64,000 nt of DNA from Takakia lepidozioides (taxonomy: Eukaryota; Plantae; Bryophyta), in NCBI GenBank assembly GCA_030704615.1, contig CM060734.1:34224001-34288000 (forward strand), written 5' to 3'. Below the pieces are notes generated by a model. That model saw nothing but the letters and a program-made list of their open reading frames with translations. It was not told where the DNA came from and did no database searches. Below, piece by piece: positions 1-10,372 of this stretch. A program made the position numbers and the translations under genes. How positions within the stretch are numbered: the first letter of the stretch is position 1; each line of letters opens with the position of its first letter.

Positions 1-169
1 AGTGCCGGAGGGATCCTCGGATTTGAGGGTCAAGACTGCCACGGCGGCGCCATGGCAAGCTGCAGCTGCCAGGTTGATGGAGCTGCCAGCTAGGCCAGCC
101 ATTGAGCGCGCCATGGTGACCTGGAGTTGTCATGTTAGACAACCAGGATGGCATTTTCTGTTTGAGTGG

Positions 170-500
170 ACCGGCAGGCAAGAGGTACCGGCCACTGCGG
201 TCTTGTTGGACTCGGGAGCTCAGCCACTGATGCTGGGCAGAGCTGCTATTGCAGGCTTGGGCCTCACGGAGGCGGATATGGAGCCTTGTCCTTTCCAGAT
301 ACAGACGTCTCTGGGAGGATCGGAGCAGGCTCGGGGCATGACACGGCGTGAGTTGGCTATCAGACTACGGCCGGATCACCCTACAGATGGCTCAGTGATG
401 CGAGCCAAGGCCATTGTGACAGACGCAGTCTCATACGATGTCCTGGTTGGTGGGGCAGTGTTGTACCCCATGGGCTTCACCCTGGATTTTTGGGAGGAGT
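170..500 (+). CDS. Retropepsin-type aspartic protease domain of pol
   Basis: AVLLDSGAQPL catalytic motif and downstream DVLVGGAVL (ILG-like) motif in ORF 2..1174. Confidence 0.85.
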
Positions 501-889
501 CAGCTTCCTATAGGCCTGCATGGCAGTCAGGGGAGGGCCGGCGTGTGCAGCTCCCTGTGACGTTCATAGGAGGAGTTGCGGTTGCCCAGCGAGGCAAGAT
601 GCCGACACTAGCAGCATTCACAGCGGCAGTGAGTTGGCCTAGAGAGTTGCTTGAGGGCAATGCTCATTCAGAGGATGTACCACCTCGGGAGAGCAGGATG
701 ACATGTATGGTATGGCGGAGTTGCCTACCATGGTTGCTCAGACTCCATTGTGGGGCACGAGCAAGGATTTGCAGCGGGATGCTGATCGACGGGTGCAACA
801 AGCCTGGGTGGAGGCTTTTGTACCGTCAGGAGAGGAGGAGAGTGTGGGATTGCACCAGGACCACCTCAATTGTCTCCATTGGACACCCA

Positions 890-1880
890 CCTATTGTGTG
901 GCAGTATCCGGATGAAGGCATTTGTCTTCTGGACTTGTTTGGCGGGATCAGCACCGGATTGGCTGCTGTGTTACAGGCAGGTGTACGAGTTCGGCGTTAC
1001 CTGTATGTGGAGAGGGATGAGACTGCACGACGCGTTTCACTTCGCCATGTTGCTCAGTTGGTGCAGCGGTACCCTGTTGTTGTCGGTGTCTGCAATTCGT
1101 GGATATCAGCAGGCCTTGCCAGCAGACATTTCGTTGCTGGGGGCGCAGGATTTGGAGCGGGTTGGCTCCATTGATCTGGTAGTGGCAGGTTGGCCCTGCC
1201 AAGGGCATTCATCAGCCGGGCATGGCAATGGATTGCGAGACTCGAGGTCGGGTCTGTTTTGGGAGATGGTGCGGGTTTTGCGCCACTTGCAGCTTCATCA
1301 AGCTGTATCTCCAGCATACATCTTGGAGAATGTGCCACTGATGGGCGATTCTCGGGCCAGGGTGATGGCCAGTGTGCATCAAGTCCGGTCGTGGCTTGGG
1401 TCAGCAGTGTTGCTAGATGCAGCTACAGTGGGGTCACGGGCTCATCGTCCACGGCTATGGTGGACTAACTTGATGCCACCCGCACTGCTCAAGCGTGCAT
1501 TTGATGGGGGGGTGCAGCGGCCAGCACATCTCACAGTGGATAACATTCTGGACACAGGGAGGCAGTCTCAACGTGTGAGACACGATGACCGTTCGCCTTT
1601 GGCAGTGGTCAACAAGGTGGGTCAACCACGAGCAGCATTACCTACACTGCTCAGCTTCCCAGGATCGCATGCTTTCCGGGATAGTGGACCTGGCCTCCTG
1701 TGGGATGCTCAGTTGCAGCAGTTAGTGGAGCCTAATGCTGACGAGCGTGAGCGGGCAATGGGTTTTACCACTGGTACCACGGCGGTGTCGTCTCTTTCTG
1801 AGGCATCACGTCGTCAAGTGTTGGGGCAAGCAATGGATCTCAATTGCTTGACCTGGATTATCAGCTTGGCTCTGGCTGAG
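890..1880 (+). CDS. DNA (cytosine-5) methyltransferase domain, DNMT3-like, embedded in retrotransposon pol; frameshift at ~1075
   Basis: Motif I LLDLFGGISTG (926, in ORF 2..1174); motif II YLYVERD; in ORF 870..1943 motif IV DLVVAGWPCQ (1191-1202), LFWEM, motif VI ILENV (1326), motif VIII AHRPRLWWTNL (1446), motifs IX/X ERERAMGF...RRQVLGQAM. Non-permuted I-X order. Confidence 0.93.
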
Positions 1881-2320
1881 CAACGCAGAGTGCGGAATAC
1901 TTCCCTCAATGGTCTCTCTGCCTACCGACGGTACAGGCAGTGAGTGGGGGCGAGCATATGAGGACCACGGGGTGCATGCATCCATGGCACACGTGGGAGG
2001 TGCTCGAGGTTCAGAGGGAGTTGGCAGCCAAGGCGGCTGTGATGGATGAGGTTGGGGATTCTTCTCGGTTGAGGAGGTCCTCAAGGATGAGATGATGGGG
2101 CAGGATGAGGCCTTGTCATTGACTGAGCAGGTAGGGAGTACTGCTCAAGGTTGCAGCATAGCAACCACGGGACGCGTCCTCTACCTCTAAGCCCACTGGA
2201 CTTAAGGTTGTAGTTACGGAGGACAATTGGGAGCCTGACATTGGACCCATTGTCACCGGAGGAGAGAGACGACGTATACGGCGGTTCCTGAGGGCTTACA
2301 GGAATTGCTTTGCCTTCAGT

Positions 2321-3200
2321 TTGAAGGACTTGGGAGCACTGAAGGGTCAAGAGATCCGTATTGAGTTGGCCACTGACACGCCAATCTTTCGGAGACCCTA
2401 TAGATACAGTGACATGGAGAGGTCTTTGATTCAGATGAGGACTCAAGATCTCTGGGAGGCAGGTTTGGTGGAGCTCTCTGTGGTGGAGAGTATGCTTCAG
2501 CCACAGTGATGCCAGCCAAGAAGGATGTCTATGGCAATTGGACGGAGAGACGTATGTGCGGTGATTACCGGCCTGTAAATCGTCAGACCAAGTCCGATAA
2601 GTATGCCATGCCAACACCAGAGGAGATCTTTGATGCCATCGGGCATGCTAAGGCCTTTAGCACTTTGGATTTACGATCCGGATATCACCAGTTGCCAATC
2701 AAGGAGGCGGACAAGCAGAAGACGGCATTCTGGGGGATCAATGAGCACGGCAAGGATTGCCTATATCAGTGGCGGTTCTTACCATTTGGGCTTAAGAATG
2801 CTCCTGCAGAGTTTCAGAGAGTCATGGATAGGATTCTAGCAGGGGTGGACTTTGCTCGGTGCTACATAGATGACATCATCATCTTTAGTGTTACGATGGA
2901 GGAGCATGAGAGACACCTTCAGGTGGTATTGGAGCGCTTGAGAGCGCACGGATTGAAGTTGCATCCGGGGAAGTGCAAGTTTTTCCACAACCAGATTGAG
3001 TATCTGGGTCACATGATATATCCTGGAGGATTGGGGGTACAGCAGACTAAGGTAGAGGCCATTGCACAAATTCCACGCCCCACGGATGTGAGCCGAGTTC
3101 GAGCTTTCATGGGGTTGGCAAACTATTATAGACGGTTTGTCAAGGGATTTAGTACCATTGCAAAGGCTCTAACCAAGCTGACCAAGGTGGACCAGGAGTG
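2321..3200 (+). CDS. Reverse transcriptase domain (Ty3/Gypsy), frameshifted
   Basis: PIFRRPYRYS, RMCGDYRPVN, STLDLRSGYHQ, LPFGLKNAPAEFQR, CYIDDIII, KCKF..IEYLGH, RAFMGLANYYRRFV. Confidence 0.95.
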
Positions 3201-3660
3201 GAGTGGCAGTGGGAAGATGAGCAGGAACGAGCTTTTCAAGAGCTCAAGGCGAGGTTGACCTCGGCGCCTATCTTGAGACGACCTATCAGGGGGCGTCCCT
3301 TTCAGCTGCATACGGATTGGAGCATGCTGGGGCTTGGAGCGGTGCTCACACAGGTGGATGATGAGGGAAGAGAGTTCGTAGTGGCTTACGCTAGCCGCGT
3401 GCAGAGGCTAAGTACAGCTCATATGAGGGAGAGTGCTTAGCTGCAGTGGGGCCGTGGCACACTTCAGGTGCTATCTATACGGCAATCTTTTCACCCTTGT
3501 CACGGATCACCAGCCACTCAAGTGGTTGATGGAGTCAGACAAGCTTACGGGGAAGCTTGCACGGTGGGCACTTATACTCCAGGAGTATGACTTTCAGGTT
3601 GTGCATCGACCGGGTTTGGTCAATCGGGATGCGGATGGATTGAGTCGCAATCCATGCATG
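3200..3660 (+). CDS. RNase H domain (Ty3/Gypsy), frameshifted
   Basis: LTSAPILR, FQLHTDWSMLGLGAVLTQ, VVAYASR, FRCYLYG..FTLVTDHQPLKWL, NRDADGLSR. Confidence 0.9.
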
Positions 3661-3989
3661 AGCCAGCAGGATGACACTGGAGCTCGGTGGCATGGTGAGA
3701 CGGACGAGGAGATGGTGCCGGGATGGCACGCATCTGCATTTTTGTGTATCTTGGCATCGGGAGGTCAGATTGGACCTACAACAGGGATGACTGTAGACGG
3801 AGTGTCTGAGGACCCTGAGGCTAGTGATGAGCTAGGTGGTGCCAGAGATATACATGAGGATTCGGCTGTGTTGGACTACCTCCGCACGGGAGACACGGCA
3901 GCCATTGTGACTGCCAGGGAGAGGGATCGGATCCTGCAACGAGCCAAGAGGTTCAAGTGGGAGGGGATACACCTACTTCGAGTGTGGGA

Positions 3990-5100
3990 GGATGGTCGGG
4001 TGAGGATTGTGCCTCACCCCACACAGCGTGCACGGTTAGTGCGGCATGCCCATGAGGAGTTGGGGCATTTTGGAGTGCGACGCACTCACAGTTTACTGCA
4101 GGGGCAGTATTGGTGGCGTGGTATGCATACAGAGGTGCAACAGTTTGTGGCTAGGTGCATGGTGTGTGACAGGGTGCGTGCTTCATTCAACGCCCCTACA
4201 CCACAGTTGCATCCTTTACCTATCATGGGATTGGGCTACAGGTGGAGTCTTGACTTCGCAGGACCGTTGCCACTGACTATGCGCCACCACAGATATGTGT
4301 TGGTGATGGTGGAGCACTTCTCCAAGTGGATTGAGTTGGTTCCATTGCCTGACAAGGCTAGTGAGGGGGCTGCGTATGCATTCTTGGATCGTGTGCTTAG
4401 CCGATTTGGTGCTCCAGCTGAGGTACTCACGGACCAAGGGAGAGAGTTCTTGGGGGAGTTTCAGGCTTTGTGTGATAAAGCCTTGATAGACCACCGCACC
4501 ACTTCTCGGGATCATCCTGAGGCCGATGGCTTAGCAGAGAGAGTTGTTCAGACGGTGAAGAGGGGTTTGCGCAAGTATGGCTTGCAGAAGGGACACCTAG
4601 GAGATTGGGATCTTCAGGTTCCTTGGTTAGCCATGGGCTACAGGTTCAGCAAACAAGCATCACTTGCCTCCTTCTCACCATATTTCCTTCTCTTTGGCCG
4701 AGAGCCGGATTTGCCTGCAGCCATTCGTAGGGACACTGCTCAAGTCCTTAACCTTGACGATCCGGACGTGTGGGTACGTGCATGTGATCAGCGTGCAGAG
4801 TTGTTCAAGAAAGTCATGCCCATGGCTTTTGAGAACCTTGCCATTGCAGCACCGTGATACGTTGAGGTATGCCACTATACGTGGTGGTGGAGGATATCGT
4901 CCTGGGGTTCGGAGGTTTAGCCCTGGTGACTATGTTTATTTGCAGCAGACTGCTCCTACGACTCTGGATGTTACTGCAGGGCGTGTTATTCTGAGGGTTC
5001 GAGAGGTGTTGCCCTCAGGGGTCCTGATCTTGGAGGGTCGGGATGGCATGACTTGGAAGGACCATGTGCGTAATTGTGCGCCATGTCACCTTCCCAATGT
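3990..5100 (+). CDS. Integrase (HHCC zinc finger, DDE core, C-terminal module)
   Basis: HEELGHFG...CMVC; WSLDFAGP, LTDQGREF, ADGLAER; FSPGDYVYL...HVRNCAP after a frameshift at ~4850. Confidence 0.93.
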
Positions 5101-5149
5101 CGATGGCAGAGTTGACCCAAACTTGGCAGTGGTACCTGCAGGTTTGAGG

Positions 5150-5293
5150 TGCATGCTCTGTGGGTCTGCCAAAGGGGCAGCCACCATGCTGGTGTGTGAT
5201 CGATGCTCAAGGGGTTGGCATATGGGATGCTTGACACCACCTCTTGAGAAGGTTCCTGACGGAGATTGGTTGTGTCCACACTGCTTGGGATAG
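5150..5293 (+). CDS. PHD zinc finger at the pol C-terminus
   Basis: CMLC...LVCDRCSRGWHMGCLTPPLEKVPDGDWLCPHC, a canonical Cys4-His-Cys3 PHD, followed by the stop at 5291-5293. Confidence 0.93.
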   Translation, partial: CMLCGSAKGAATMLVCDRCSRGWHMGCLTPPLEKVPDGDWLCPHCLG

Positions 5294-5553
5294 TGGCAGT
5301 GGACATGACTGGAGGCAGCTAACAAGACATGGGAGGCCAAGCTCATAGGAGTCAATACATGAGATCCCAAGCTCAAGTTCACAGGTTGCAAGACGGCGAC
5401 TAACGATGGGGCAACTCTTGCACCCGGCCTCTTGATCTATCGAGTTTGAGTGTAGTAGGGATAGTGGTGGAGGACTTAGTGAGGCTATGGTCACTATCAC
5501 ATCTTGTGGCTACCTGGACTTAGAGGGACCTAAGCACCAGCTAGGGGGGCGAT

Positions 5554-6251
5554 TGTGTGGACTAGTGACTGCCATAGTGGGCAGCGTAGTGGCAGCCTAG
5601 TGACTGACTAGTTGTAGCCTAGTGGTTGGACTAGTGGCTGGACTAGTGGTAGACTAGTGGTATACTAGTGTGTGGTGTGCACATGTGTTGTGTGGTTTTG
5701 GACAGCGATGTAGTTGTGTAGCGATATGTATGCGCACGACAGCTGTCAAGTTATTTTACCACTAGTGTGAAACTAGCTAGGAAATAGCTAGCTTTTACAT
5801 ATTGACATTTGGGATTGGCCCAAGTGTCAATCCAGGGGTCAAGGCAGATTTAGGCCCTGGAGTGGTTATCTTCACGGCAAGCGCGGGAGGCTCATCTTTC
5901 TCGAGTTGAGCCTCACCGCGCCTAGCTATGGCGCCGTAGTGTGGATTCCCCATGGCGTGGGGTGCACTTGGCTTGACTTGTATTTGAGTGATGAGGTTAT
6001 ATATGCATGAGTTTATGCTTCAGCTTTGTGAGCTCGCATGAGCTTGTGCTTGTATTCTTCTCTTTATCATTGTGTGGACTGACTGCCATAGTGGGGCAGC
6101 GTAGTGGCAGCCTAGTGACTGACTAGTTGTAGCCTAGTGGTTGGACTAGTGGCTGGACTAGTGGTAGACTAGTGTATACTAGTGTGGGTGCACATGTGTT
6201 GTGTGGTTTGGACAGCGATGTAGTTGTGTAGCGATATGTATGCGCACGACA
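5554..6251 (+). repeat. 3' terminal repeat region of the DNMT-Gypsy element: direct repeats 5554-5741 and 6071-6251 flanking a 329-bp core
   Basis: Both copies start TGTGTGGACT and end TGCGCACGACA; the first directly follows the PPT; internal CTAGTGG micro-repeats. Confidence 0.85.
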
Positions 6252-6730
6252 CATGGCAAAGAACCAAACCCCACACTTGACTCTACTCTCCACTAGCTAG
6301 TTCGGCCGACTTTCTCCAAGTCCCGGCCAAGGGTGGAGCCTCTCAAGCTCCTCCCAGTGCACTATTCATCGCTTCCTCAAACTGCCGCCTCGGTGACACG
6401 TTGCCCCCATCGGGCTCACCAGGATCATATCTTTTGGGCCGTTCCGCTTTCGCTTTGGCTTGCCCGACCCCATGATGAGCCAATCCCAAGGACGATCGCG
6501 TACTGAACTCTAAGCTCTGATACCAAGTGTCGCGCACCCTCACTCGGTAAGTCCCCTTCAAGTCATAGTTACGCTTTGGCGCGCGCCTGACTCCCAACCT
6601 GGCCGCCCGGGCCAACTTGGAGCTTCAGCTGCTCACCGGGACATAACGGTCCCCTTCACTCCCTATAAACCCTCCACCTATTGGGACTAGGAGAATTCCC
6701 TTTGGTAGATGGCAGTCCGGAACAGCTCCC
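6252..6730 (-). mobile_element. PBS, leader and LTR end of a second LTR retrotransposon on the opposite strand, cut off at the DNMT element
   Basis: tRNA-iMet PBS TGGTATCAGAGC(TT) at 6525-6512 on minus, 2 nt after LTR end ...GGTGCGCGACA (6528); 6528-6730 closely matches the start of the solo LTR at 29290. Confidence 0.85.
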
Positions 6731-7610
6731 CACTCTTTGGTCGCTTTCCGGCTCGTTCGCTTACTCACTAGTTTTTGGTCACCAACGGGCTTGCACCGTT
6801 CTCGGGGTACTACTCCCTAATATCAGAGATACCCCCACTGGCCCATACTTGGACTACGTAAGTGATGCAGAAATATGTGTGCCACTTACCTCTACTGTAA
6901 ACCAGAATGCAAAGGCCCTAGTTTCTACACATGAGCTCTCATTTTCCTTTTTATTAATACTACAGCTATCTAAGAAACAGATCCCCTTTGCATGACATTG
7001 CTACCCCTTCATATCCTGCCCATGGATTGTAGACTGATGCATGGTGTTTTGACATCATTCACATCTACTTAAATGAAAATGCAAACCCTAGCTTCTCTAT
7101 TTCAGATTTCTTTTCTTCCCCTTTGCATGAAGAGGGCATGATATCACAGAGCCCCCACTTTTAACTCCTCCTTAAACTGCATTTTAACTATTTGAAAGAC
7201 CCTTATGCCCCATGATTGTAGATCTCAGTCTATGAATGTCCTAAGCTGATTTGATACAAGCAGTAGGGAACAAATGCATGCCACCTGATATCTTCTTTCA
7301 GAAAAGCTACAGCCTACCCCCACAGTAGGTACATTGCCTCTTCATATGTCATTGGCATTCTTCCCCCACTATCCTTCATTTGTGTCCTCCTTCCAACTAA
7401 GTTCAGCAGATGTTCAAAATCCTTTCACCATCTCTTCACACAAGACATCCCCTACTTTAATGATTGTACCGCTGGCATGAGCATCATCTAAAGGCAGTAC
7501 ACCAGCAACACTTCACCAGCAGAGACACCCATTCCATAGCACTCAAGCACTTTCATGACCTCCTACCGTAATTCAGATGCTTCCTTCTCCATGAGTATCA
7601 AAACCCGCGG

Positions 7611-7943
7611 TCGCGGTGTCCCACCATCGTGCATGCCTCATGCCCTGATTCTAGGGCTTGAGTCCCTGTCTGCCCCCTATCCCACCAGCTCCGCTCGTCA
7701 TTGTACATTGAGAAAAGCCACACCTTGCGATCGCGGTTGTCCCATCATCGTGCACGCCTTCATGCCCCGATCTAGGTCTTGAGTCCCTGTCTGCCCCCTA
7801 TCCCACCAGCTTCGCTCGTCATTGTACATTGAGAAAAAGCCACACCTTGCGATCGCGGTTGTCCCACCATCGTGCACACCTTCGTGCCCCGATTCTAGGT
7901 CTTGAGTCCATGTCTGTCCCTATCCCACCAGCTCCGCTCGTCG
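7611..7943. repeat. Tandem repeat of ~121-bp unit, about 2.7 copies
   Basis: Units start TCGCGG(T)TGTCCCA at 7611, 7731 and 7853. Confidence 0.9.
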
Positions 7944-8364
7944 TCTCTCATGATCAAACTCGACACTATAAGAAAACAAACATAGTTCTGTCATGTTTGT
8001 CTTTCACAATCAAACTCGACACAAAGAAAACAAACAGATGCCACAACCCCCTCAGTAGCGCAGTTATAGTATGCGCACGCGCCAGGTGCGCACTAGCACG
8101 TGAACTCCTAAAGAAGGCGCAAGTTTCCTTGCCCCTTGGATGGGAGTCACCCGATTTCGGCACTGCGCAAACACACGATTAACCCAATTTACCTCTCCCC
8201 CTTTTGTAAGCTAATTCTACACACTAGCCAACCACACCATGCATCACCATTCCAAACAAAATAGGACGCACAACATGTGGAACCCATTTCCTTTATAACA
8301 AATTTGGTACAATACAAGTTTTTGCAATCGGATTCAAAGCTAGCTAAGCCGGGCTAAGCATGCA

Positions 8365-9830
8365 TTTCCTCCCCCACGCTCCAAGGTTGATGTCCCCATC
8401 AACGCTTCTTCCGCTTTTGAGGTCGCCATTCGAAAACTGCAATCGTCTCGGATGCGTTTTCCATTTCTGAGGCACGCACCCAAGATGCCTCCACATGATG
8501 ATAGCCCTTCCATTTGACGAGATACTCCGTTCTCGGTTCTTGAACCTCCTCGACTTAAGTACTGCCTCCACCTCGTACTCAGGTTCATTTTCATGATCCA
8601 ACAGCATAGGTGGCGGACGCAACACTTGATGCCGATTCGGACGCGCTTCATCTTTGAAGTAAGGCTTCAAAAGGGAGACGTGGGAATACTGGATGCACTT
8701 GCTGTTTGCCGGCAGCTCCAATTCATACACATCCTCATTCATAACCTTGCGGATGCGAAAGAGGTCCCGTATACGGAGGTACGAACTTTGGACTCACTTC
8801 TGGAGGTAGTCAGGAAATTTTGATGTTCAACCAGACTCCGTGCCTGCCTCAAACTTCACTTCCCTCCGCTTCCGATTAGCCTGCCTTTCATACCGTTTCC
8901 TAGCTTTGGCAATGTTGTACTTTGCGAGCTTCAACAAACGCTCGTGTTTTCCAGTACCGCCGCTACTGCCGGTTCCTCAACGTCCTGGGCGGCCAACTTG
9001 TCGGCACCAGAGGTGCTTTTCCATAGACCAATACGAAAGGGGAAACTCCCGTTGCGGAGTGTTCTGTGTTATTATAACAGAACTCTGCCGCGTCTAAGTG
9101 TTCCACCCAGTCTGTTTGGTTTGCCGACACGTAATTCGCAAGATCTGCTTCATACGGAATTCACTCTTCCGTTTGGCCGTCGGTCGTAGGTCGGAAGGCG
9201 GTGCTCATCTTCAGCCTCGTCCCCATCTTCTTCCAAAGTGCCCTCCAAAATTTACTCGAAACTTTGGATCGCGGTCCGAGACAATATCCTTCGGGACTCC
9301 ATGTTGCTTTAAGACGTGGGCGAAGTAAAGTCGCCCTGTTTCCTGCGCCGTTGCCGTCTCTGGTGGGGATTGAAAATGGCCCATTTTACTGAACCTACCA
9401 CCACCACCATGATTGCATCGAATCCTTTTGACAGCGGCATAACAATCATTAAATCCATCGAGACGCTTTCCCAAGTCCCCTCTGGAATCGCAAGGGTTGT
9501 AACAGCCCCGCTTTGCTTTTTGTACTCGCTCCGGTTTTGTTGGCATGTGGTGCATGTCTTGACATACTCCTTTGCCTCCTCCCTCAGTTTGGGCCAGAAA
9601 TATTCTTTCTTCAAGAGTGCCGCAGTGCGTTTGGCTCCGCCGTGGCCCGCAAGCGGGCTATCATGGCATTCTCTCAAGAGGCTATCTCTTATCCCTCCCT
9701 TCGGCACGTAGAGACAAGGTTTTATCCTTCGCTCAACTTGCCGAGCAAAGTTTTCTTTATCTTGGTTTTTTCATCCCACTTGCTTGAGGTCTTGAACTGG
9801 ACATGTTTATTGCAACAGCTCGCAAGAGCT
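8365..9830 (-). mobile_element. Chromovirus-type Ty3/Gypsy remnant: integrase plus chromodomain, frameshifted
   Basis: ORF 9309..9707 CHDSPLAGHGG...CTTC, WESVSMD; ORF 9211..9555 IVSDRDPKF; ORF 8344..8742 YELELP..HVSLLKPY then EYEVEAVLKSR (chromodomain start); PPT GGGGGAGGAAA at ~8375-8365. Confidence 0.9.
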
Positions 9831-10260
9831 CGCTTGCAAGGGCGGCGGCTGGCTTCAATATGTGAAGAACCAAATTCCTCTCTAGTCTTTATTCCCCAGC
9901 AATGAATGTTATAACTCTGTGGAGATGAAGGTGACTGTTACAACGGATGTGTCAGTGATGAGCATGTCAACTTGGCTTGTATTAACCGCTAGTAGTATAT
10001 TAAGCAATAGCCTTGTTGGCGGCCTATCTGTCATGGCATCTGGATAACAATATGAGCAGCCAATGAGTGACAGCCATCTGGCCAGGCAGATGAAAGATGA
10101 AAAGACTATTTAATCAAGGGGGTCTAGAGCCGGGGCACTGGTTTTTGGAGTGTTCATCTCTGTGTATGTGTGGATGAAAGTGTCTCAGTATACGGTGTGT
10201 GACTAAGTTTAGGACATGTGTGATTAAGTTTAGGACATCGTCCCTTAGGATCTGCAGTCC

Positions 10261-10372
10261 TCTAGAGTAAGATCCCTCATCCTAGCATGCTCGCTCTACT
10301 GTAGCTATACTCCCCCTCTAGAGTAAGATCCCTCATCCTAGCATGCTCGCTCTACTGTAGCTATACTCCCCC
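10261..10372. repeat. Tandem duplication of a 56-bp unit
   Basis: TCTAGAGTAAGATCCCTCATCCTAGCATGCTCGCTCTACTGTAGCTATACTCCCC occurs twice in tandem. Confidence 0.9.

Larger units (their letters stand above)
1..6251 (+). mobile_element. Ty3/Gypsy LTR retrotransposon (5' end outside window) with pol order PR-DNMT-RT-RH-INT-PHD; frameshifted in this assembly
   Basis: Protease LLDSGA, RT YIDD, RNase H FQLHTDWS...AYASR, integrase HHCC and DDE motifs in Gypsy order; PPT AGGGGGG at ~5543-5549 followed by a TG...CA terminal repeat 5554-6251. Confidence 0.95.

Noticed and set aside
890-1880. Host DNMT3/DRM gene or bacterial restriction-modification methylase contamination
   Set aside because: No introns, and the domain is collinear with protease and RT inside a PPT/LTR-bounded element embedded in plant sequence
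5554-6251. CRISPR-like array suggested by short periodic repeats
   Set aside because: Units are 11-12 nt with no unique spacers, no cas genes, and the context is a eukaryotic LTR
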